Source: Gammaproteobacteria bacterium (GTDB lineage: Bacteria; Pseudomonadota; Gammaproteobacteria; CBDBNL01; JAAOII01). Taken from it: DNA of 64,000 nucleotides. Shown piece by piece: positions 42,842 to 52,844 of this stretch. Every line of letters starts with the position of its first letter. Within the stretch, counting starts at the first letter, position 1. The notes under the pieces were generated by a model that saw only the letters and a list, made by a program, of their open reading frames with translations, was not told the origin of the DNA and did no database searches. The stretch covers positions 928,001 to 992,000 of the forward strand of contig OZ242372.1 of the NCBI GenBank assembly GCA_965209035.1, given 5' to 3'. Both the position numbers and the translations under genes were made by a program.

Positions 42842-44773
42842 ATGATTAATCCATTACAAAAACAAACTATTATGAACACATTTAAACTAAATGCTCTCAG
42901 TAACAACTGCATTGCATGCATGGCCGCGGCCGGGCAAACGGTGTGCAATGGCACAATGTTATTATTGACAATCGCCCTGTCAGTCGTCCTGCTAGCATCT
43001 TGTGGCGGCGGCGGTTCCGGCGGAGGCGGTGGTAACCCTCCACCGATAGCGGACGCGGATAAGGACGGCATTGCGGATACGGCGGATAACTGTCCCTCGG
43101 TTGCCAATGCGGACCAAAACAACACGGATTTCACGGCGGACGCAACAACGGGAGACACTCTCGGCGATGCCTGTGATCCGGACGATGACAATGACGGTGT
43201 GCATGACGCGGCGGATGACTTTCCTTTGGATGCCTGTGCAAGTGTGGACACAGATCAAGATGGTGATCCGGATCGTTTGGTCTTTGCAGACTGTGACACA
43301 GACTTGGAAGAAGATCTGAACGATGACAATGATGCATTCGATGATATAGACGAGGTGGACGACAATAACAATCGCCTCATAGAAATCCACACTTTGGATG
43401 ATTTGGCGCGGCTGCGCGTGGATCTGGATGGTAATGGGACCGCGGACCGGACGATTGCCGGGATTACCGCTATGGGAAATACCGGCTGTCCCGCCGACGG
43501 CTGTAATGGCTACGAATTGACTCGCTCGTTGAATTTTAGCGATCCGGATTCCTACGCGAACCGCAGTAAGATGAATGACTGGACAAGCGGCAGCGGCTGG
43601 CAGCCAATCGGCTCTTGCGGTGCTGCGGATAGCTGCACCGCTTACACGGCGGTGTTTGATGGTCGGGATCACACGATTGCCGATCTGTTCATTTCTGTGA
43701 GTAATGACAATGGAGTCGGATTGTTTGGCGCGTTGCGCGGCCGTCTTCAAAACTTGCATCTGTTAAATGTGGATGTGAATGTCAATGGCGGTGGTGATGA
43801 TGTGGGCGGACTGGTCGGCAATGGCAAGAATGCTCGTTATGAGAATCTGTCGGTTACAGGTGGCAGTGTGCTGGGTTCGTCGTCCTTTCAAGGTGTAGGC
43901 GGGCTGGCCGGGGATGCTGCTTCGTCTAATATGAACAATGTGCATGTATCCGGCGTAGATGTTACCGGGGAGACTACGGCTCTGGGTGCGGGTATTGTTG
44001 GCGGGCTGATTGGAAATGGACAGTCTGTTACTATTCGCTATGCTTCTGTATCCGGCGGACATGTTTCCGGGAGGAATAATGTTGGCGGATTGATTGGGTT
44101 CGGTCGTTCCGCTAATATTCGCTATGCTTCTGTATCCGGCATAACGGTTGCCGGTGAGAAGACTAGTATAGGCGGGCTGATTGGGAATGCAGATCCTGCT
44201 AATATTCGCTATGCATATGCGTCCGGCGTAATTATTTCTGCTGGCGGTAGAGTTGGCGGGCTGATTGGGAACTTTCAGGATGGAGCAGATATTCGCCATG
44301 CTTATGTGTCCGGCGGAAATATCGAAGCTACAAGTGGTGGTATTAATGGTGTTGGCGGCCTGATTGGCGATGAGAGGAGTTCTATAATTTATTATTCATA
44401 TGTTGCCTCCGGACGACTGACTTCAGATGCCTCCACTAATATTGGCGGCTTGGTTGGGTTCAATTCTCTTGCCTCCGCCAATTCTTCTTATTGGGACACT
44501 CGAACCACCGGTCAGTCTGCGAGTGCCGGTGGTCTCGGCACGGGCCTGCCCACCGCCGCACTGCAATCGCCGACTAACTTCACGGGTGCGGATAATATCT
44601 ATGCCGACTGGGGTAACTTCTGGTGCGACCCGAATACGGGCGACGAGATGGAAAGTGCCACCGAATTGGAGGATCCTTTTGTTCGTGTCTGGGATCTCGG
44701 GAACAGCACACAATATCCGGCTCTGAACTGCATGCCCGGCGGCCTGGCTGCACAAGGCCGAGACAAACAATAA
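42842..44773 (+). CDS. TSP3-repeat/GLUG surface lipoprotein, array copy 2
   Basis: Same architecture; lipobox LASC. Confidence 0.88.
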   Translation: MINPLQKQTIMNTFKLNALSNNCIACMAAAGQTVCNGTMLLLTIALSVVLLASCGGGGSGGGGGNPPPIADADKDGIADTADNCPSVANADQNNTDFTADATTGDTLGDACDPDDDNDGVHDAADDFPLDACASVDTDQDGDPDRLVFADCDTDLEEDLNDDNDAFDDIDEVDDNNNRLIEIHTLDDLARLRVDLDGNGTADRTIAGITAMGNTGCPADGCNGYELTRSLNFSDPDSYANRSKMNDWTSGSGWQPIGSCGAADSCTAYTAVFDGRDHTIADLFISVSNDNGVGLFGALRGRLQNLHLLNVDVNVNGGGDDVGGLVGNGKNARYENLSVTGGSVLGSSSFQGVGGLAGDAASSNMNNVHVSGVDVTGETTALGAGIVGGLIGNGQSVTIRYASVSGGHVSGRNNVGGLIGFGRSANIRYASVSGITVAGEKTSIGGLIGNADPANIRYAYASGVIISAGGRVGGLIGNFQDGADIRHAYVSGGNIEATSGGINGVGGLIGDERSSIIYYSYVASGRLTSDASTNIGGLVGFNSLASANSSYWDTRTTGQSASAGGLGTGLPTAALQSPTNFTGADNIYADWGNFWCDPNTGDEMESATELEDPFVRVWDLGNSTQYPALNCMPGGLAAQGRDKQ

Positions 44774-44835
44774 CGCAATGATTACCATTAATGATTTTGA
44801 AACTATATTACAAATCAACTACAAAAAGAACTATT

Positions 44836-46752
44836 ATGAAAATATTTAAAAGACAAACTATCAGTAGCAACTGCATTGCATGCATTGCCGCGGTCGGGCA
44901 AACAGCACGCGGCGGGACAAAGTTATTCATTCCATTCTTGACAATCGCCCTGTCGGCTGTCTGCATTGCCCTACTCGTCGCCTGTGGCGGCGGCGGTTCC
45001 GGCGGAGGCGGCGGTAACCATCCACCGATAGCGGACGCGGATGGAGACGGCATTGCGGATACGGCGGATAACTGTCCCTCGGTTGCCAATGCGGACCAAA
45101 ACAACACGGATTTCACGGCGGACGCAACAACGGGAGACACTCTCGGCGATGCCTGTGATCCGGACGATGACAATGACGGTGTGCATGACGCGGCGGATGA
45201 CTTTCCTTTGGATGCCTGTGCGAGTGTGGACACCGATAAAGATGGTGATCCGGATCGTTTGGTTTCTGCAGACTGTGACACAGACTTGGAAGAAGATCTG
45301 AACGATGACAATGACGCGTTCAATGATGTGGACGATCTGGACGACAATAACAATCGCCTCATAGAAATCCACACTTTGGATGACTTGGCGCGGCTGCGCG
45401 TGGATCTGAATGGCAATGGGACGGCTGATCGGACGATTGCCGGGATTACCGCTATGGGAAATACGGGCTGTCCTGACAGCGGCTGTAATGGCTACGAATT
45501 GACCCGCTCGTTGAATTTTAGCGATCCGGATTCCTACGCGAACCGCAGTAAGATGGATGACTGGACAAGCGGCAGCGGCTGGCAGCCAATCGGCTCTTGC
45601 GGTGCTGCGGATAGTTGCACCGCTTATACGGCGGTGTTTGATGGACGGGATCACACGATTGCCAATCTGTTCATTTCTGTGAGTAATGACAATGGAGTCG
45701 GATTGTTTGGCGCATTTCGCGGCCGTCTTCAAAACTTGCATCTGTTAAATGTGGATGTGAATGTGAATGGAGATGGTGATGATGTGGGCGCACTGGTAGG
45801 CCATGGCAAGAATGCCCGTTATGAGAATCTGTCGGTTACGGGTGGCCGTGTGCTGGGTCCGTCGTCCTTCGAAGGTGTAGGCGGACTGGCCGGAGATGCT
45901 GTTTCTGCTAATATGAGTTATGTGCATGTATCCGGCGTAGATGTTGCCGGGGGGACGGATAATGGCGATAGTACCGTTGGCGGACTGATTGGAGATGGGC
46001 GGTCTGCTAATATTCGCTATGCATCTGTGTCCGGCGGCTCTGTGTCCGGAGGGCAGAATGTCGGCGGACTGATTGGGAATGGAGATTCTGCTAATATTCG
46101 CTATGCATCTGTGTCCGGCATGACGATTCCCGGTGAGAGTACTAATATAGGCGGACTGATTGGGAATGGAGCTGCTGCTAAGATTCGCTATGCATATGCG
46201 TCCGACGTAAATATTTCTGCTGGCGGTAGAGTTGGCGGGCTGATTGGGATCTTTCAGCAAGGAGCAGATCTTCGCCATGCTTATGTGTCCGGTGGAAATA
46301 TCGAAGCTACAAGTCGTGGTATTAATGGTGTTGGCGGACTGGCTAGCGATGCGTCGAGTTCTATCATTGGTTATTCTTATGTTGCCTCCGGACGAGTTAC
46401 TTCAGATGCCTCCACTAATATTGGCGGCTTGGTTGGGTTTAATCCTCCCGCCTCCGCCAATTTTTCTTATTGGGACACTGAAACCACCGGGCAGTCTGCG
46501 AGTGCCGGTGGTCTCGGCACGGGTCTGCCCACTGCCGCACTGCAATCGCCGACCAACTTCACGGGTGCGGATAATATCTATGCCGACTGGGGTAACTTCT
46601 GGTGCGACCCAAATACGGGCGACGAGATGGAAAGTGCCGCCGAGTTGGATGCGCCTTTCATTCGTGTCTGGGATCTGGGCACAAGTTCCCAATATCCGGC
46701 TCTGAACTGCATGCCCGGCGGTCTGGCGGCACAAGGCCGAGACAAACAATAA
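44836..46752 (+). CDS. TSP3-repeat/GLUG surface lipoprotein, array copy 3 (ORF open from 44791)
   Basis: Same architecture; lipobox LVAC. Confidence 0.88.
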   Translation: MKIFKRQTISSNCIACIAAVGQTARGGTKLFIPFLTIALSAVCIALLVACGGGGSGGGGGNHPPIADADGDGIADTADNCPSVANADQNNTDFTADATTGDTLGDACDPDDDNDGVHDAADDFPLDACASVDTDKDGDPDRLVSADCDTDLEEDLNDDNDAFNDVDDLDDNNNRLIEIHTLDDLARLRVDLNGNGTADRTIAGITAMGNTGCPDSGCNGYELTRSLNFSDPDSYANRSKMDDWTSGSGWQPIGSCGAADSCTAYTAVFDGRDHTIANLFISVSNDNGVGLFGAFRGRLQNLHLLNVDVNVNGDGDDVGALVGHGKNARYENLSVTGGRVLGPSSFEGVGGLAGDAVSANMSYVHVSGVDVAGGTDNGDSTVGGLIGDGRSANIRYASVSGGSVSGGQNVGGLIGNGDSANIRYASVSGMTIPGESTNIGGLIGNGAAAKIRYAYASDVNISAGGRVGGLIGIFQQGADLRHAYVSGGNIEATSRGINGVGGLASDASSSIIGYSYVASGRVTSDASTNIGGLVGFNPPASANFSYWDTETTGQSASAGGLGTGLPTAALQSPTNFTGADNIYADWGNFWCDPNTGDEMESAAELDAPFIRVWDLGTSSQYPALNCMPGGLAAQGRDKQ

Positions 46753-46811
46753 CGCAAGGATTACCATTCATTATTTTAGAACGATATTACAAATCAACTA
46801 CAAAAAAAATT

Positions 46812-48707
46812 ATGAAAATATTTAAAGCACAAACTATCAGTAACAACTGCATTGCATGCATGGCCGCGGCCGGGCAAACGGTGCGCAATGGCACAATGTT
46901 ATTATTGACAATCGCCCTGTCAGTCGTCCTGCTAGCATCTTGTGGCGGCAGCGGTTCCGGCGGAGGCGGTGGTAACCCTCCACCGATAGCGGACGCGGAT
47001 AAGGACGGCATTGCGGATACGGCGGATAACTGTCCCTCGGTTGCCAATGCGGACCAAAACAACACGGATTTCACGGCGGACGCAACAACGGGAGACACTC
47101 TCGGCGATGCCTGTGATCCGGACGATGACAATGATGGCGTGAATGACGCGGCGGATGCGTATCCTTTGGATGCCTGTGCAAGTGTGAACTCGGATGGCGA
47201 TCTAATGCCGGATCGTTTGGTTGCCGGTTGTGACACAGACTTGGAAGAAGATCTAAACGATGACAATGATGCATTCGATGATATAGACGAGGTGGACGAC
47301 AATGGTAACGGCCTCATAGAAATCCATACTTTGGATGACTTGGCGCGGCTGCGCGTTGACCTGGATGGTAATGGGACGGCTGACCGGACGATTGCCGGGA
47401 TTACCGCTATGGGAAATACCGGCTGCCCCGACGACGGCTGTAATGGCTACGAATTGACTCGCTCGTTGAATTTTAGCGATGAGACATCCTACGCGAACCG
47501 CAGTAAGATGGATGACTGGACAAGCGGCAGTGGTTGGAATCCAATCGGTTCTTGCGGTTCTCCGGATAGTTGCACCGCTTATACGGCGGTGTTTGATGGT
47601 CGGGATCACACGATTGCCAATCTGTTCATTTCTGTGAGTAATAACAATGGAGTGGGATTGTTTGGCGCATTTCGTGGCCGGCTTCAAAACTTGCATCTGT
47701 TAAATGTGAATGTGAATGTGAATGGTGGTGGTAATGATGTGGGCGCACTGGTAGGCCATGGCAGGAATGCTCGTTATGAGAATCTGTCGGTTACGGGTGG
47801 CAGTGTGATGGGTCCGTCGTCCTTCGATGGTGTAGGCGGACTGGCCGGGGATGCTGTTTTTGCTAATATGCGCGATGTGCATGCACTCGGCATAGATGTT
47901 GCCGGGGGGACATTTAATAATGCTAATAGTGTTGGCGGACTGATTGGAGATGGGCGGTCTGCGATTATTCGCTATGCATCTGTGTCCGGCGGCTCTGTTT
48001 CCGGGAGGCAAAATGTCGGCGGACTGATTGGGACTGGGAGTCCTGTTAATATTCGCTATGCTTATGTGTCCGTCCTAACGGTCGCCGGCATTCGTGATAT
48101 AGGCGGGCTGATTGGGATTGGGAGTGGTGGTTCTAATATTCGCTATGTATATGCGTCCGGCGTCAATATTTCTGCTGGCGATAGAACTGGCGGGCTGATA
48201 GGGGGATTTCAGAATGCAGATCTTCGCCATGCTTATGTGTCCGGCGGAAATATCGAATCTACAAGTGGTAGTTCTACTGGTACGGGCGGACTGACTGGCG
48301 ATGGGTTGAACTCTATCATTAATTATACTTATGCCGCCCCCGAACGACTGACTGCAATTGTCACCACTAATCTTAACGGCTTGATTGGGGCTACCGCACA
48401 TTCCGCCGCCGCTGATTCTTCTTATTGGGACACTGAAACCACCGGGCAGCCTGCGAGTGTCGGTGGTCGCAGCATGGGTCTGCCCACCGCCGCACTGCAA
48501 TCGCCGACCAACTTCACGGGGGCGGATAATATCTATGCCGACTGGGGTAACTTCTGGTGCGACCCGAATACGGGCGATGAGATGGAAAGTGCCACCGAGT
48601 TGGAGGATCCTTTTGTTCGTGTCTGGGATCTCGGGAACAGCACACAATATCCGGCTCTGAACTGCATGCCCGGCGGTCTGGCGGCACAAGGCCGAGACAA
48701 ACAATAA
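46812..48707 (+). CDS. TSP3-repeat/GLUG surface lipoprotein, array copy 4
   Basis: Same architecture; lipobox LASC; start chosen by homology (MKIFK). Confidence 0.88.
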   Translation: MKIFKAQTISNNCIACMAAAGQTVRNGTMLLLTIALSVVLLASCGGSGSGGGGGNPPPIADADKDGIADTADNCPSVANADQNNTDFTADATTGDTLGDACDPDDDNDGVNDAADAYPLDACASVNSDGDLMPDRLVAGCDTDLEEDLNDDNDAFDDIDEVDDNGNGLIEIHTLDDLARLRVDLDGNGTADRTIAGITAMGNTGCPDDGCNGYELTRSLNFSDETSYANRSKMDDWTSGSGWNPIGSCGSPDSCTAYTAVFDGRDHTIANLFISVSNNNGVGLFGAFRGRLQNLHLLNVNVNVNGGGNDVGALVGHGRNARYENLSVTGGSVMGPSSFDGVGGLAGDAVFANMRDVHALGIDVAGGTFNNANSVGGLIGDGRSAIIRYASVSGGSVSGRQNVGGLIGTGSPVNIRYAYVSVLTVAGIRDIGGLIGIGSGGSNIRYVYASGVNISAGDRTGGLIGGFQNADLRHAYVSGGNIESTSGSSTGTGGLTGDGLNSIINYTYAAPERLTAIVTTNLNGLIGATAHSAAADSSYWDTETTGQPASVGGRSMGLPTAALQSPTNFTGADNIYADWGNFWCDPNTGDEMESATELEDPFVRVWDLGNSTQYPALNCMPGGLAAQGRDKQ

Positions 48708-48740
48708 CGCAATGATCACCATTAATGATTTTCTAACTAT

Positions 48741-50588
48741 ATGATTAATCCATTACAAAAACAAACTATTATGAACACATTTAAACTAAATGCTCTCAGT
48801 AACAACTGCATTGCATGCATTGCCGCGGTCGGCCAACCGGCACGCAGCGGTATCATTTTATTATTGACAATCGCCTTGTCGGTCGTCCTACTCACCTCCT
48901 GCGGCGGTGGTTCCGGCGGAGGCGGCGGTAACCATCCACCGATAGCGGACGCGGATAAGGACGGCATTGCGGATACGGCGGATAACTGTCCCTCGGTTGC
49001 CAATGCGGACCAAAACAACACAGATTTGGCGGCGGATGCAACAACGGGAGACGCTCTGGGCGATGCCTGTGACCCGGACGATGACAATGACGGTGTGCAT
49101 GACGCGGCGGATGACTTTCCTTTGGATGCCTGTGCGAGTGTGGACACGGATGGCGATAAGCTGCCGGATAGTTTGGTTGCCGCCGACTGTGAAACAGACT
49201 TGACAGCAGATCCGGACGATGACAATGATACAGTCGATGATGTGGACGATCTGGACGACAATAACAATCGCCTCATAGAAATCCACACTTTGGATGACTT
49301 GGCACGGCTGCGCGTTGATCTGAATGGCAATGGGACGGCTGATCGGACGATCGACGGGATTACCGCTATGGGAAATACCGGCTGCCCCGACGACGGCTGT
49401 AATGGCTACGAATTGACCCGCTCGTTGAATTTTAGTGATCCGGATTCCTATGACGATGACAGCGGTAGCAGCGATAAGATGGATGCCTGGACAGATCGCA
49501 GCGGCAGCGGTTGGCAGCCCATCGGCTCCTGCAGTGATGCAATTACTTGCACCCCTTATTCGGCGATGTTTGATGGTCGGGGTTATGTTGTTGCCGATCT
49601 GTTTATCAATGCGAGTGATGATACGGATGGTGTGGGGTTATTTGCTGCGTTCAATGGCAGTATGCAAAACTTACATCTCTTGGATGCGAATGTCCATGGC
49701 GGTGACTCTAATGTGGGTCTGTTAGTGGGTCAGGGTGTGAATGCTCGCTTTGAGAATCTGTCGGTTTCAGGAATCTTGATGAGTCCGCAGGCTACTACTG
49801 TGGGTGGCCTGGCCGGCGATGCGGGAGGGGCTATGATTCGTCATTCTTATGCATCCGATATTGTTGTTTTCGGTCTTGCTAGCGTGGGCGGTCTGGCTGG
49901 CAACGGTGCTAAATCTCAGATTCGCTATTCCTATGTCATCGATACCGCTGTGTTCGCCGGGCAAAGTAGTGACGAATCTACGGTCGGTGGTCTGGTCGGC
50001 GATGGGTTCGATGCTATTATTCTGGCTGCGTATGTGTTAGATTCTTCTGTTTTCGGTATAGGTAGAGGGATCGGTGGTCTGGTCGGCAATGGGCGAGAAG
50101 TTAGTATTACTGCTGCGTATGTGTCCGGCGGAAGCGTTGCCGGGGGGAGCGAGAGCGATGAAGTCGGTGGTCTGTTAGGTCGAGGGATCAAGGCAAAAAT
50201 TCGTTATTCTTATGTAGCTGTCAGGGTTTCCTCGCTTAGAACAGTAGCTCCTATTACCGGCGGCTTGTTCGGTGCTGCTCCGGCGATAAAAATCGACGCT
50301 TCTTATTCGGATACTCAAGTCACCACACAGTCAACCAGTCACCCTTCTGTTGATGTTTCCGGTGTGGATAAGAACACGATAGAATTACAATCGCCGAGCG
50401 ACTTCACCGGGACAGATAATATTTACGCCGATTGGGGCAATTTTTGGTGCGACCCGAATACGGGCGAAGTGGTGGAAAGTACAACCGAGTTGGCTCCTCC
50501 ATTAAGGCGTCTGTGGGATCTCGGAACGGCCGAACAATATCCCGCGCTCAACTGCACACCCGGCGGTGTGGAAAGGCAGCGGCGATAA
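48741..50588 (+). CDS. TSP3-repeat/GLUG surface lipoprotein, array copy 5
   Basis: Same architecture; lipobox LTSC. Confidence 0.88.
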   Translation: MINPLQKQTIMNTFKLNALSNNCIACIAAVGQPARSGIILLLTIALSVVLLTSCGGGSGGGGGNHPPIADADKDGIADTADNCPSVANADQNNTDLAADATTGDALGDACDPDDDNDGVHDAADDFPLDACASVDTDGDKLPDSLVAADCETDLTADPDDDNDTVDDVDDLDDNNNRLIEIHTLDDLARLRVDLNGNGTADRTIDGITAMGNTGCPDDGCNGYELTRSLNFSDPDSYDDDSGSSDKMDAWTDRSGSGWQPIGSCSDAITCTPYSAMFDGRGYVVADLFINASDDTDGVGLFAAFNGSMQNLHLLDANVHGGDSNVGLLVGQGVNARFENLSVSGILMSPQATTVGGLAGDAGGAMIRHSYASDIVVFGLASVGGLAGNGAKSQIRYSYVIDTAVFAGQSSDESTVGGLVGDGFDAIILAAYVLDSSVFGIGRGIGGLVGNGREVSITAAYVSGGSVAGGSESDEVGGLLGRGIKAKIRYSYVAVRVSSLRTVAPITGGLFGAAPAIKIDASYSDTQVTTQSTSHPSVDVSGVDKNTIELQSPSDFTGTDNIYADWGNFWCDPNTGEVVESTTELAPPLRRLWDLGTAEQYPALNCTPGGVERQRR

Positions 50589-50648
50589 CGCAATGATTAC
50601 CCTTAATGATTTTGGAACTATATTACAAATCAACTACAAAAAGAAATT

Positions 50649-52454
50649 ATGAGCATACTTATTAAAAGACAAACTATCAGTAGCAACTGCATTGCATGCA
50701 TTGCCGCGGTCGGGCAACCGGCACGCGGCCCAATGTTATTATTGACAATCGCCTTGTCGGTTGCCCTACTCGCCGCTTGTGGTGGCGGAGGTGGTGGTTC
50801 CGGCGGGGGAGCGAACACCGACTTCGATGGAGACGGAATTGAGAACTCGGCGGATGCCTGTCCGCGCGGCGATACGGACTGGACTTCCAATGCATCTACG
50901 GACAATGATGGCGATGGCTGTCGCGACGACAGCAACGAGGATTTGGACGATGACAATGATGGTGTGGAAGACACAGCGGATGCGTTTCAGAGGGATCGCT
51001 GCGCGAGTGTGGACACGGATCGCGATGGTCTGCCGGATAATTTGGTGACCGGTTGCCAAACAACCTTGAGGGCGGACCCGGACGATGACAATGATGAGAT
51101 CTTGGATGCGGCAGATGTGGACAAAAATGGTAACAGCCTCATAGAAATCCGCACTTTGGATGATTTGGTACGGCTGCGCGATGATCTCAATGGCAATGGA
51201 ACAGATGATGGGAGGTTTCCCGAGATTATCGCTATGGGTTCTGTGGGTTGCCCGAGTTCCGACTGTACCGGCTACGAATTGACTCGCTCGTTGAATTTTA
51301 GCGATCCGGATTCCTATGACGATGACAGCGGTAGCAGCGATAAGATGGATGCCTGGACAGATCGCAGCGGCAGCGGTTGGCAGCTCATCGGCTCCTGCAG
51401 TGATGCAACTACTTGCACCCCTTATTCGGCAGTGTTTGATGGTCGGGGTTATGTTGTTGCCGATCTGTTTATCAATGCAAGTGATGATACGGATGGTGTG
51501 GGGTTATTTGCTGCGTTCAATGGCAGTATGCAAAACCTGCATCTCTTGGATGCGAATGTCCATGGCGGTGACTCTAATGTGGGTCTGTTGGTGGGTCAGG
51601 GTGTGAATGCTCGCTTTGAGAATCTGTCGGTTTCAGGAATCCTGATGAGTCCGCAGGCTACTACTGTGGGTGGCCTGGCCGGCGATGCGGGAGGGGCTAT
51701 GATGCGTCATTCTTATGCATCCAATATTGTTGTTTCCGGTCTTGCTAACGTGGGCGGTCTGGCTGGCAACGGTGCTAAATCTCAGATTCGCCATTCCTAT
51801 GTCATCGATGCCGCTGTGTTCGCCGGGCAAAGTAGTGACGAATCTACGGTCGGTGGTCTGGTCGGCGATGGGTTCGATGCTATTATTCTGGCTGCGTATG
51901 TGTTAGATTCTTCTGTTTTCGGTACACACAGATCGATCGGTGGACTGGTCGGCAATGGGCAAAGAGTTAATATTACTGCTGCGTATGTGTCCGGCGGAAG
52001 TGTGTCCGGGGGGAGTCTGAGCAATGACGTCGGCGGTCTGATGGGTCAGGGAATTCAAGCTAAAATTCGTTATTCTTATGCAGCTGTCAATGTTTCCACG
52101 CTTAGAACAGTATCTCCTGTTATCGGCGGCTTGTTCGGCACTGCTCCGGGGACAACAATCGATGCTTCTTATTCGGATACTCAAGTCACCACACAGTCAA
52201 CCAGTCAACCTTCTGTTGATGTTTCCGGTGTGGATAAAAACACAACAGACTTACAATCACCGACCGACTTCACCGGGACAGATAATATCTACGCCGACTG
52301 GGGTAACCTCCGGTGCGATCCAAATACGGGCGAAGTGGTGGAAAGTACGACCGGGTTGGATCCTTCATTTAGACGTCTGTGGGATCTCGGAACGGCCGAA
52401 CAATATCCCGCGCTCAACTGCACACCCGGCGGTCTGGCAAGGCAGAGGCAGTAA
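50649..52454 (+). CDS. TSP3-repeat/GLUG surface lipoprotein, array copy 6
   Basis: Same architecture; lipobox LAAC. Confidence 0.88.
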   Translation: MSILIKRQTISSNCIACIAAVGQPARGPMLLLTIALSVALLAACGGGGGGSGGGANTDFDGDGIENSADACPRGDTDWTSNASTDNDGDGCRDDSNEDLDDDNDGVEDTADAFQRDRCASVDTDRDGLPDNLVTGCQTTLRADPDDDNDEILDAADVDKNGNSLIEIRTLDDLVRLRDDLNGNGTDDGRFPEIIAMGSVGCPSSDCTGYELTRSLNFSDPDSYDDDSGSSDKMDAWTDRSGSGWQLIGSCSDATTCTPYSAVFDGRGYVVADLFINASDDTDGVGLFAAFNGSMQNLHLLDANVHGGDSNVGLLVGQGVNARFENLSVSGILMSPQATTVGGLAGDAGGAMMRHSYASNIVVSGLANVGGLAGNGAKSQIRHSYVIDAAVFAGQSSDESTVGGLVGDGFDAIILAAYVLDSSVFGTHRSIGGLVGNGQRVNITAAYVSGGSVSGGSLSNDVGGLMGQGIQAKIRYSYAAVNVSTLRTVSPVIGGLFGTAPGTTIDASYSDTQVTTQSTSQPSVDVSGVDKNTTDLQSPTDFTGTDNIYADWGNLRCDPNTGEVVESTTGLDPSFRRLWDLGTAEQYPALNCTPGGLARQRQ

Positions 52455-52844
52455 CGCAATTAACGCAGAACGAACACAGGCTTTCCGTTAGAGCAAAGTA
52501 ACCCGGGCGGTCAGGCCTCCCACTTCGGCACAATCTACCCGCTCGGCACTTCGGTGCCATCTAAGCTAACAAATCTGCCTAACTAACCAGCCCGCCCGGT
52601 ACTTCGGGTAGCAACACACAACAACCCACAAACAACACAGCACCTCAAAACCGGGCGAGATGATCCATCCTTATGCATCTATACAGCCCCGGCAAGTTGT
52701 TTTCCGATTGCCGTAAAATAAACTGATAAGAAGTAAAAGCGGGGTGCGGTTCTGCCCGGTGCAATTATTCCCGGATAAAAGAAGATCTGTCCCCCGTGGC
52801 ATTTAAAAAGAAAAAATAAAAGAAAAATTGACGAGGTAATCAAA

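Noticed and set aside
46602-46811. N-terminal extension of array copy 4 (likewise 40769-40912 for copy 1)
   Set aside because: The copy 4 extension overlaps copy 3 in another frame, and homology with the paralogs places both starts downstream.
32737-51196. Long Ser-rich and Ile/Val-rich minus-strand ORFs
   Set aside because: They are antisense shadows of the Asp-rich lipoprotein repeats.
40913-52454. Diversity-generating retroelement acting on the GLUG repeats
   Set aside because: Many variable codons are NNT, but there is no reverse transcriptase or template repeat in the window, and the changes include indels and non-adenine positions. A trans-acting DGR is not excluded.
42800-52495. Integron cassette array
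   Set aside because: Spacers begin TAAC but lack attC inverted-repeat structure, there is no integrase, and the genes are all paralogs.
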